This document shows, piece after piece, positions 56,717 to 64,000 of a stretch of DNA of 64,000 nt. The DNA is from Candidatus Multivorans sp. (GTDB lineage Bacteria > Acidobacteriota > Thermoanaerobaculia > Multivoradales > Multivoraceae), in contig OZ251997.1 of NCBI GenBank assembly GCA_965247095.1, positions 3,008,001-3,072,000 on the forward strand. Direction: 5' to 3'. A program made the translations under genes and the position numbers. How positions within the stretch are numbered: the first letter of the stretch is position 1; the number at the start of each line of letters is the position of its first letter. The notes under the pieces are model-generated. The model had not been told where the DNA came from and did not search any database. It worked only from the letters and a program-made list of their open reading frames with translations.

Positions 56717-57679
56717 ATGGCGCGCAGTGATCTCCTCCTAGCGCTCGTGAAGGCGAGTTCGCAGGGCGACCAGGTGCGTGCTCAAGCAGCCGTTGAGGCG
56801 ATCATCGCCGAAGAGAGGGCTAAGCGCCATCACGTCCTCGCGGACCGGTTGGAGGCGGTGCTCCGAGCCAACGGCCACCGGGGCGCTGCCAAGTTCCTGT
56901 CCGGTGGTCGTCAGGTGCATCGGTGCCTAATCGAGCTTGCACCTCGGCGCCGGCTCTCTGACCTCGTGCTCTCGGGTCCGAACCGTCGTGCCTGCCGAGA
57001 ACTCATTGAAGAACAGCACCGAGCATCGGTGCTGCGCGCCCACTCGATCGAGCCTCGCCACCGAGTCCTCTTGGTCGGCCCCCCGGGCAACGGCAAGACG
57101 TCCCTCGCTGAGGCCATCGCGGAGGCGCTTGCCGTTCCCTTCCTCGTCGTCCGCTACGAAGGTCTGATAGGTAGCTTCCTGGGCGAGACCGCCGCGCGTC
57201 TGAAGCACGTCTTCGAGTCCGCCCGGACCACACCGTGCGTCCTTTTCTTTGACGAGTTCGATGCTATTGGTAAGGAACGAGGCGACACCCATGAAACGGG
57301 AGAGATCAAGCGCGTCGTGTCTACCTTGCTGATGCAGACGGACGAGTTACCCAGCTACACCGTGGTTGTGGCCGCTTCGAACCATGCCGAACTCCTCGAC
57401 CGCGCTGCTTGGCGGCGATTTCAGCTCCGCCTTAGCCTAGACCCCCCCACGCCCAAAGCCCTCGCCGGGTACATCGCGCGCTTCGCCTCTTCTCTGCCCG
57501 AGCCCTTGGGCTACACCCCAGAGACACTGGCTCAGGAGCTCGGCCCAGTCAGCTACGCCGAAGCCGAGGAGTTCTGCCGTGACATTCGGCGGCGGCAGGT
57601 TCTCGCCATGGGCGAAGTCTCTGCCCAGGAGATTGTCAGAGAGCGCCTCGGTCAATGGCGTGAGCGGGCGAACGCGTAG
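56717..57679 (+). CDS. AAA+ ATPase, IetA-like
   Basis: MARSDLL..LV, E.RAK.H..LA, RVLLVGPPGNGKTSLAEA.A, LIGSFLGET..RL, LFFDEFD.IGKERGD.HETGEIKRVV, LD.A.WRRF. Confidence 0.9.
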   Translation: MARSDLLLALVKASSQGDQVRAQAAVEAIIAEERAKRHHVLADRLEAVLRANGHRGAAKFLSGGRQVHRCLIELAPRRRLSDLVLSGPNRRACRELIEEQHRASVLRAHSIEPRHRVLLVGPPGNGKTSLAEAIAEALAVPFLVVRYEGLIGSFLGETAARLKHVFESARTTPCVLFFDEFDAIGKERGDTHETGEIKRVVSTLLMQTDELPSYTVVVAASNHAELLDRAAWRRFQLRLSLDPPTPKALAGYIARFASSLPEPLGYTPETLAQELGPVSYAEAEEFCRDIRRRQVLAMGEVSAQEIVRERLGQWRERANA

Positions 57680-57699
57680 TCGGAAGGCGGGGACACGGT

Positions 57700-60282
57700 G
57701 TGACTGACTTCCCGCTGCTGCCTATTCCTGCGCCTGCGCACAGGGAGCGTAGGGGAAGAGGGTTTGTTGGCGATGCCATCCGCCTGCCTGACCGGCGGCG
57801 GCAGGGAGAGCGGCTAGGACCGATCTTCCAGCGCCTACGGGATGCAATGGACCCCGACCACCCCCATACGTTCGGCGAGGATCCCGCAGGTATAGCGCCA
57901 GAGCGGGCGCTCGTCTTCGAGATCGCCGGATCGGTCACAGGTTTTCGTCGAGCGGTGGCCAAGGTCGACGGGTTTGAGTTTCTCGGTGACGAAGACACGG
58001 AGTCAGCGGGCGACGAGGACTTCGCCGTCATCGACCAGCGAAGGGGACGGGAAGGGCAGGATCGGGACGACAAGCAGGTGAGCGGGCGAATGTACCTAGC
58101 GATGCCCGACCTGCAAGCGCTTCAGCAACTTCTCTCGCTTTGGCGTCGATACCAAGCGGGCGAACCGGCTGCGACAGGATTCGCTCCTTGGTGGCGCGTC
58201 TTTGAGCGCCTTCGCGTGCTTCGCGCTTGGGGACCGGAGGACCGAATACCGGAGGACACGATCGGGTGGATCAGGCAGACGCTTGCAGACAAACCAGACG
58301 CGTCGCAGCGCATCGAAGTCGAGTTGTTGAACTGCGTCACTCCGGGGAAACGGGCGGCGGTGCGCCGCAGCTTCGACAACGTGCTTCGTGAGGCTGGGGG
58401 ACGGCTGATCGACAGTGCCTCGATACCGCAAGTCGCCTACGAGGCGGCGCTCATTGACCTTCCTTCGCATGCACTGAGGAATCTGATCACTCGCCGGGAT
58501 GTAATCGCGCTCTCCAATGCCGTGATGGTCGTGAGGCCGCAATCCAGAGTTAGCTTCCCAATCGCCTCGGTGGAAGCTGAGGTTGGTTCCTCCCTGGCAC
58601 CCGGAGTTGAGATTCGGGGACAAGCGGTTGCCGCCGTGTTCGACGGTGTGCCAGTGCAGCGGCACTCTCTACTAGATGGCCGGCTGAGGATTGACGATCC
58701 CGACGAGTTGGAGCTGCGTAGCGACGTGGCTTTGCGCCACCACGGCACTGCGATGGCTTCGTTGGTCATTCACGGTGACCGGAATCGCGAGGAACTGCCG
58801 TTGACTAGGCAGGTCTACTTTCGACCGGTCCTCATTCCCAATGACGACGGTTCGTGGGAGGAGTTTCCTGGCGACCGGCTGTTGATCGACACAATCTACG
58901 GTGCCGTCAAGCGGATGAAGGAAGGCGATGCGGAGGGTGCGGCTACGGCGCCCGCGGTCTTCCTCGTGAACCTGTCCCTAGGCGATCCAAGGCGGCCGTT
59001 CGCAGGGCCGATTAGTCCATGGGCTCGCTTGTTGGATCATCTAGCCGCGCGCTATGGCATTTTGTTTCTCGTGAGTGCGGGGAATGTCACCGGTTCGCTC
59101 CCGGTGCCAGCCTACCGATCAATGACGGAGATAGAAACGGCGACGCCGTCGAAACAACGTCAAGCGGTTCTCGATGCGCTTGGCCGCGAGTTCTCGCAAC
59201 GAACCCTGCTCTCGCCAGCGGAAGCTCTCAATGTGCTGACCGTAGGAGCATGGCACGAAGACGCCGCTACGACGGAACCCCCAGACCACCTTGTCGCACC
59301 ACTGGGCGACGGGGCTGGCCCAAACATCACATCGGCCATGGGGCTCGGCTATCGCAAGGTCGTCAAGCCGGACATCATGATGCCGGCCGGCCGGGAGTTG
59401 GTGAGGATGACGACACTGGGAGGGGAACCTGCCTTGGCGGCCACGGAAGCCGGCCGATTCTTCGGACTAAGGGCGGCGGCGCCCGGGGAGGGCGGAGACC
59501 TCACGCGAGAAGGCTCAACGGGTGGAACGAGCGCGGCCGCAGCGCTGGCTACGCGATCGGCACACCGCCTGTTTGAGGCCCTGATGGATGAAGAGAACGG
59601 CGGAATTCTCGCGGGAGCCGATCCGGCGTTCTACGGTGTTGTCGTCACACTCTTGGTCCATCGGGCTCGTTGGGGTGAAGAGGGGGAAGAGCTGGGGACC
59701 CTTTACGGGCCGAATGGCCAGGGCAAGCACGTACAGCGATTGGACAACGTCGCGCGGGTCATCGGCTACGGTTGTCCGAACATAGAAGAGGCCCTCACCT
59801 GCGCTTCGAACCGCGCGACCCTTCTTGGCTTCGGCGAGGTCTCGGCTGACCGGGTTGTGGCGGACTATCGCGTTCCCCTGCCGCGGAGCTTGGAGCGGTT
59901 GGAGCAACCGCGGTCGGTTACTTGCACACTCGCGTGGTTCTCGCCGGTAGATGTACGCCACCGGATGTATCGTCGCGCGAAGCTGGACCTTGAGAGAGGA
60001 CCCAACCTTCGGACAGGAGACGGTTTTGTAGAGCGGGCGAAGCTGCAGCCGTCCGTCCCCTCGGTGAGGCGCGGTTCGCTGCTGCACGTCCACTTCGAAG
60101 GGCAGAGAGCGGCATCCTTCGTCGAGGATGGCGAACTCCGCTTCACCGTCTTCTGCAGCGCTCCTGCTGGCAACCTCGATGAGTCGGTCCGCTATGGGTT
60201 GGCGGTCACGATTGAGGCTGGCGAGGGGATTCCCGTCTACGAAGAAGTGCGCCAACAACTGGTAGTGCAGCCGAGGGTTTAG
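57700..60282 (+). CDS. S8 subtilisin-like protease, IetS/Y4bN-like
   Basis: Catalytic triad motifs AVFDG, HHGTAMAS, GGTSAAA; NLSLG, VSAGN, SPAEA.N.LTVGA, KPD; long N-terminal pro-region. Confidence 0.88.
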   Translation: MTDFPLLPIPAPAHRERRGRGFVGDAIRLPDRRRQGERLGPIFQRLRDAMDPDHPHTFGEDPAGIAPERALVFEIAGSVTGFRRAVAKVDGFEFLGDEDTESAGDEDFAVIDQRRGREGQDRDDKQVSGRMYLAMPDLQALQQLLSLWRRYQAGEPAATGFAPWWRVFERLRVLRAWGPEDRIPEDTIGWIRQTLADKPDASQRIEVELLNCVTPGKRAAVRRSFDNVLREAGGRLIDSASIPQVAYEAALIDLPSHALRNLITRRDVIALSNAVMVVRPQSRVSFPIASVEAEVGSSLAPGVEIRGQAVAAVFDGVPVQRHSLLDGRLRIDDPDELELRSDVALRHHGTAMASLVIHGDRNREELPLTRQVYFRPVLIPNDDGSWEEFPGDRLLIDTIYGAVKRMKEGDAEGAATAPAVFLVNLSLGDPRRPFAGPISPWARLLDHLAARYGILFLVSAGNVTGSLPVPAYRSMTEIETATPSKQRQAVLDALGREFSQRTLLSPAEALNVLTVGAWHEDAATTEPPDHLVAPLGDGAGPNITSAMGLGYRKVVKPDIMMPAGRELVRMTTLGGEPALAATEAGRFFGLRAAAPGEGGDLTREGSTGGTSAAAALATRSAHRLFEALMDEENGGILAGADPAFYGVVVTLLVHRARWGEEGEELGTLYGPNGQGKHVQRLDNVARVIGYGCPNIEEALTCASNRATLLGFGEVSADRVVADYRVPLPRSLERLEQPRSVTCTLAWFSPVDVRHRMYRRAKLDLERGPNLRTGDGFVERAKLQPSVPSVRRGSLLHVHFEGQRAASFVEDGELRFTVFCSAPAGNLDESVRYGLAVTIEAGEGIPVYEEVRQQLVVQPRV

Positions 60283-60448
60283 GGGAGGCCATAGCTCCGG
60301 CGGAGATCGGGTTCGTCCATCGGCAAGACTGCCGGCATTCTCGGCTTCGTGTGCTCTGCGGCGGGGTCGTGTGCGTTCAGAACCAAGGTAGTAGCGCCTC
60401 CGTCCTGGGGCCGCGGCAGTTTCGTCGCATTCGGGACGTAGCCCTCCC

Positions 60449-61831
60449 CTACCTCGCCGCCCGCGTCAGCGCCTCGTCCATCGCCGCGAGCGCGAAGTCG
60501 ACATCGGCATCCGTCAGGCAGAGCGGCGGCTTGATCCGCAGCACGTTGCCGGAGAGTCCGCCCTTTCCGACCAGGGCGCCGAGGTTCTTCAACTTGTCTA
60601 GCGCCCTGGCCGTGAAGGCCGTAGCGGGTGTCTTCGAACGCCGGTCGGTGACGAGTTCGACGCCGATCATCAGGCCCTGGCCGCGGATGTCGCCCACCGC
60701 TTCGTGGCGCTCGGCCAGCGCTCGCAGACCGGCGATCAGCCGGCTGCCGAGGACCTGTGCGTTCTGCTGGAGTCCCTCCTCCTCGATCACCTCGAGGACG
60801 GCCAGACCGGCCGCGGAGACGAGCGGATTGCCGCCGAAGGTGTTGATGTGGAGATTCTGCGCCAGCGTGGCGGCGATGTCCGAGGTCGTCACCACGGCCG
60901 CCAGGGGCAGGCCGTTGCCGATGCCCTTGGCCATGGTCACGATCTCGGGCACGACGCCGGAGCGCTCGAAGCCCCAGTAGTGGTCGCCGGTGCGGGTGAA
61001 GCCGGTCTGCACCTCGTCGGCGATGCAGACGCCGCCGCTGGCGCGGACGATGTCGTAGACCTCGGCGAGGTAGTTCGGCGCTCCCATCGTGACGCCGCCG
61101 GCGCCCTGGATGGGTTCGGAGATGAAGGCGGCGACCTGCCCCGGGGTGGAGTACCGGATCAGTTCCGCGACATCCTCGGCGCACTGGCTTGCGATCTGCT
61201 CCGGCGTGCCGGAGAACGGGTTGCGGTAGGGATCGGGGTTGATCGCGTGGTGAACGGGTCCGCCGCGCTGCGCCCAGGACTTCCAGGTGTGGATCGCGGT
61301 CAGGGCGCCGGTCGGGGCGCTGCCGCCGTGGTAGGCGTTGCGGATGCCGACGATGTCGGAGTGGCCGGTGTGCAGCCGCGCCATCTGCACAGCCAGGTCG
61401 TTCGCCTCGCTGCCGCTGTTGACGAAGTAGACGCGGTCGAGCTCGGGCGGCAGCTTGGCCAGCAGCGCCTCCGCGAAGCGGGGCATGTTGGGATGCAGGA
61501 ATGCGGTCGAGCTATGGGCGAGGAGCGCCATCTGCTCCTGGACCGCGGCGACGATCTTGGGGTGCGAGTGGCCGCAGGCGACGGTGCAGATGCCGGCGAA
61601 CAGGTCGAGGTAGCGCCGACCGCTGTCGTCCCAGACGTACTGGCGCTGGCCTTCGACCAGCATCACGGGTTCGCTGTACAGGGTGAAGAGGGCCGGATTC
61701 ACGTGCTGCCGGCGCAGGGCGAGGATCTCCTCGCGGGTGGCGCCCGCGTACGGTCGGGGCCGGTGGCTGCACGGGGGCAGTTCCAGGGATTGCGACCCCG
61801 TCGGGGTCGCGACGTCAAGTGCCACGGTCAT
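60449..61831 (-). CDS. Class III aminotransferase (alanine-glyoxylate aminotransferase 2-like)
   Basis: YLD.FAGI.TV..GH.HP, NSGSEAND, YHG, EPIQG.GG, IADEVQTGF.RTG, MAKGIGNG.PL, NTFGGNP, RIKPP. Confidence 0.92.
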   Translation of the reverse strand: MTVALDVATPTGSQSLELPPCSHRPRPYAGATREEILALRRQHVNPALFTLYSEPVMLVEGQRQYVWDDSGRRYLDLFAGICTVACGHSHPKIVAAVQEQMALLAHSSTAFLHPNMPRFAEALLAKLPPELDRVYFVNSGSEANDLAVQMARLHTGHSDIVGIRNAYHGGSAPTGALTAIHTWKSWAQRGGPVHHAINPDPYRNPFSGTPEQIASQCAEDVAELIRYSTPGQVAAFISEPIQGAGGVTMGAPNYLAEVYDIVRASGGVCIADEVQTGFTRTGDHYWGFERSGVVPEIVTMAKGIGNGLPLAAVVTTSDIAATLAQNLHINTFGGNPLVSAAGLAVLEVIEEEGLQQNAQVLGSRLIAGLRALAERHEAVGDIRGQGLMIGVELVTDRRSKTPATAFTARALDKLKNLGALVGKGGLSGNVLRIKPPLCLTDADVDFALAAMDEALTRAAR

Positions 61832-61920
61832 GGTTGCAGTTCCTCGGTGGCCCGTTCCTGAGGCCGGCTGTGTGGTTCGCTGTTCGGCCGCTCGCTGTCG
61901 CGGCGGCGTGACGATCAACA

Positions 61921-63237
61921 CTAGCCCAACAGATCGACGATCGTGAGCGCCATGACCTGTGTGGACTCTGTGATGTCGGACAGCGCGCAGCGTTCGTCGG
62001 GTTGATGGGCCTGCTCCAGTTCGCCCGGGCCGTAGGCGACGCACTGCCCGATCCCGCCGATGCGCTGAAAGTGCTTGTGGTCGTAGGTGCCCGGGCTTGC
62101 CACGAGGTCGGCGGACTGCCCGGTCGCCGCTTCGATGCCTCGGCTCAGGGACTCGACCAGGCGGCAGTCGTCGGGCGTATGCGTCGGCTTGACGCTGAGC
62201 ACTTCCTCGATCTCGAAACGAACGCCGGGCCGGCGGGCCTCCACCGCATCGAGCACCCCCTGGACCTCGGCGCGCACCGCGTCGGCGCCCTCCTCGAGCA
62301 GGTAGCGCCGGTCGACGACCAGTTCGCACTGGTCGGCGACGCAGGGTGACGGCAGGCCCTGGCCGTGGCCGTCCAGGAAGGCAGATTCCCCCAGCCCCTC
62401 GATGACCTGGCCGCCCGCGATCGAGTTCACGTTCAGGGTCGGCCGGCGGGCGCCCTCCGGAACCACGGGCAGCTCGGTGACGAGATCGCCGAGCGCCTCC
62501 CGGAGCCCGAGCGCCGCTTCGGCCGCCGCGTCGATTGCCGAGACGCCGAGAAAGGGCATGGAACCGTGGGCGATGCGGCCGTGGGCGAGGATCCGGAACC
62601 AGAGCACACCACGGTGACCGATGCAGATCCGCGTCGGGCTGAAGGGCTCGGGGATGATCACGTAGTCCGTCGTTCGGCTCGTAACGCGGCCGATCCGGGC
62701 CAGGTGCGCGACACCGGCCAGACCGCCGCTCTCTTCGTCGACCGTGCCGCTGATCTCGATCGTTCCGCGCAGGCTGACCCCGCTGCGCCGGACCGCTTCG
62801 GCGGCGAACACCGCGGCGGCAAGGCCGGCCTTCATGTCCGCCGAGCCGCGGCCGTAGAGCCAGCCGCCCTTGATCTCGCCGCCGAAGGGGTCGACCGTCC
62901 ATCCGGCCCCCGGCGGCACGACATCGATGTGACCGTTCAGGTGAAGTGCCGGGCGCGCGTCGCGTCCCCGGCGCCGGGCGAGTACGTTGACCTTCGGGCG
63001 CTTCGGATCGGTGCCGGGACCCTCGACGTACTCGGTCTCGAAACCGTCCGCCTCGAGCCGCACGCCGAGCAACTCGGCGCACTCACGGTAGGCGTCGCCG
63101 GGCGGGTTGACCGTCGGCACGCGGATCAGCTCGGCCGAGAAGTGCGCGGCTTCCTCGCCGCAGATGGCCGCCTCGGAGAGGACACGGTCCACGACCTCGG
63201 CGCGCAACCGGGCGAGTCCGCTAGCGTCTGACGTCAT
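61921..63237 (-). CDS. ArgE/DapE-family M20 deacylase
   Basis: TVNPPG, LNGH.DVVP.G.GW..DPF, GRG..DMK.G, VDEESGG, PEP, HGSMP, YGPG....AHQPDE. Confidence 0.92.
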   Translation of the reverse strand: MTSDASGLARLRAEVVDRVLSEAAICGEEAAHFSAELIRVPTVNPPGDAYRECAELLGVRLEADGFETEYVEGPGTDPKRPKVNVLARRRGRDARPALHLNGHIDVVPPGAGWTVDPFGGEIKGGWLYGRGSADMKAGLAAAVFAAEAVRRSGVSLRGTIEISGTVDEESGGLAGVAHLARIGRVTSRTTDYVIIPEPFSPTRICIGHRGVLWFRILAHGRIAHGSMPFLGVSAIDAAAEAALGLREALGDLVTELPVVPEGARRPTLNVNSIAGGQVIEGLGESAFLDGHGQGLPSPCVADQCELVVDRRYLLEEGADAVRAEVQGVLDAVEARRPGVRFEIEEVLSVKPTHTPDDCRLVESLSRGIEAATGQSADLVASPGTYDHKHFQRIGGIGQCVAYGPGELEQAHQPDERCALSDITESTQVMALTIVDLLG

Positions 63238-63401
63238 GGGCGGTGAGGCTCCCGGTGGTTGCGAGTTTGCGGTGGGGATGGACTCTTGTCACAATGATCG
63301 CGCCGCTTGTGCCGGTCGGCGGGACGGCGGCCGACGAGGGCCGTCACCGACGCTGTTGGCGGCCGGGCAGGCACCGCCGCGAATGGCAGGAGAGATGATC
63401 T

Positions 63402-64000
63402 ATGGCGAGAATCTTAGCCTTGACCCAACGGAGATGGCAGTCGGCGTGGCTGGGACTCGGGCTGCTCGCGCTCGTGGCCGGGGGTCCAGGCTTGGCTGAG
63501 GCCGCCGCGGACGATCCCGGCCTGACCGCGGTCGAGGGGCTGCGGGTAGGTCAGATCACCTACGAGGAGCGCCCGACCGGCTGCACGGTCGTGCTGGCGC
63601 TCGGCGGCGCGGTTGGCGGCGTCGATGTCCGGGGCGGCGCTCCGGCGACCCGCGAGACGGATCTCCTGCGCCCCCACAACATGATTCAGGAGCTCCACGC
63701 CGTCGTGCTCACCGGTGGCAGCGCCTACGGTCTCGATGCGGCGGGGGGCGTCATGCGCTACCTCGAGGAGCAGGACGTCGGCTACCGGGTCGGCGCCGGA
63801 GTGGTGCCGATCGTGGTCGGCGCTTCGTTGATGGACCTCGGCATGGGCGGCAGCAGCAAGCCCCGTCCGGACGCCGAGTGCGGCTACCGGGCCTCGGAGG
63901 CGGCGACGACCGGCCCGGTGGCGCAGGGCAACGTGGGTGCCGGCGCGGGCGCCACGGTGGGAAAGATGGGCGGCCGCGGATCGCGGATGAAGGGCGGCCT
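63402..64000 (+). CDS. Secreted P1/S58 (DmpA-like) peptidase, 3' partial
   Basis: Not in the ORF track because it runs off the window: signal peptide, then GLTAVEGLRVG, PTGCTV, GVDVRGGAP.TRETDLL, VLTGGSAYGL.AA.GV, GNVGAGAGATVGK, MKGG. Confidence 0.88.
   Translation, partial: MARILALTQRRWQSAWLGLGLLALVAGGPGLAEAAADDPGLTAVEGLRVGQITYEERPTGCTVVLALGGAVGGVDVRGGAPATRETDLLRPHNMIQELHAVVLTGGSAYGLDAAGGVMRYLEEQDVGYRVGAGVVPIVVGASLMDLGMGGSSKPRPDAECGYRASEAATTGPVAQGNVGAGAGATVGKMGGRGSRMKGG

Noticed and set aside
60449-63082. 877-aa ORF as a deacylase-aminotransferase fusion
   Set aside because: The N-terminal extension is an off-frame shadow of the M20 gene; the aminotransferase has its own GAGGA-preceded ATG at 61831.
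1-64000. Many long antisense or alternate-frame ORFs in the track (e.g. 3015-4613, 15184-17274, 31138-32772, 53895-56600)
   Set aside because: They shadow well-supported genes, are Arg/Pro/Gly-rich and lack motifs; expected in high-GC DNA.

Overview
High-GC bacterial chromosome segment. Gene content (LPS heptosyltransferase, ispH, a secreted metzincin with a 'FYFY...ELLVKVLDAC...WWVY' C-terminal domain, a cadherin/Fn3 adhesin) suggests a Gram-negative Acidobacteriota (Thermoanaerobaculia-like, possibly host-associated); this is inference only. 1-33.9 kb is mostly housekeeping: glmU, a PcrA/UvrD helicase, a four-tRNA cluster, ispH, purD, ricT, a glycosyltransferase operon, serS with tRNA-Ser, aceB, glcF, two tandem gap genes, eda and pyk. 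33.9-43.8 kb is an accessory island with a REP/MITE-like inverted-repeat pair, IS1634, IS21 (6-bp target duplication), IS4 (9-bp target duplication), a decayed gene, and a three-gene operon: MqsR-like toxin / MqsA-like antitoxin / KGGVGR-variant ParA-like ATPase with TPR-like repeats. 43.8-56.6 kb holds a form-II coxGSLM molybdenum hydroxylase cluster, a UGA-readthrough UGSC selenoprotein with a SECIS-like hairpin facing a thioredoxin-fusion partner, and an HMGS-like/DUF35 fusion plus thiolase. 56.7-60.3 kb is an IetAS-like AAA ATPase + S8 protease pair, followed by amino-acid catabolic genes. Best leads: the tripartite TA + ParA/TPR operon, the hidden selenoprotein module, a GAPDH pseudoenzyme coupled to active gap, and a multi-branch RNA-like structure inside the IS21 right end. 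All calls come from reading the sequence; no database searches were run.
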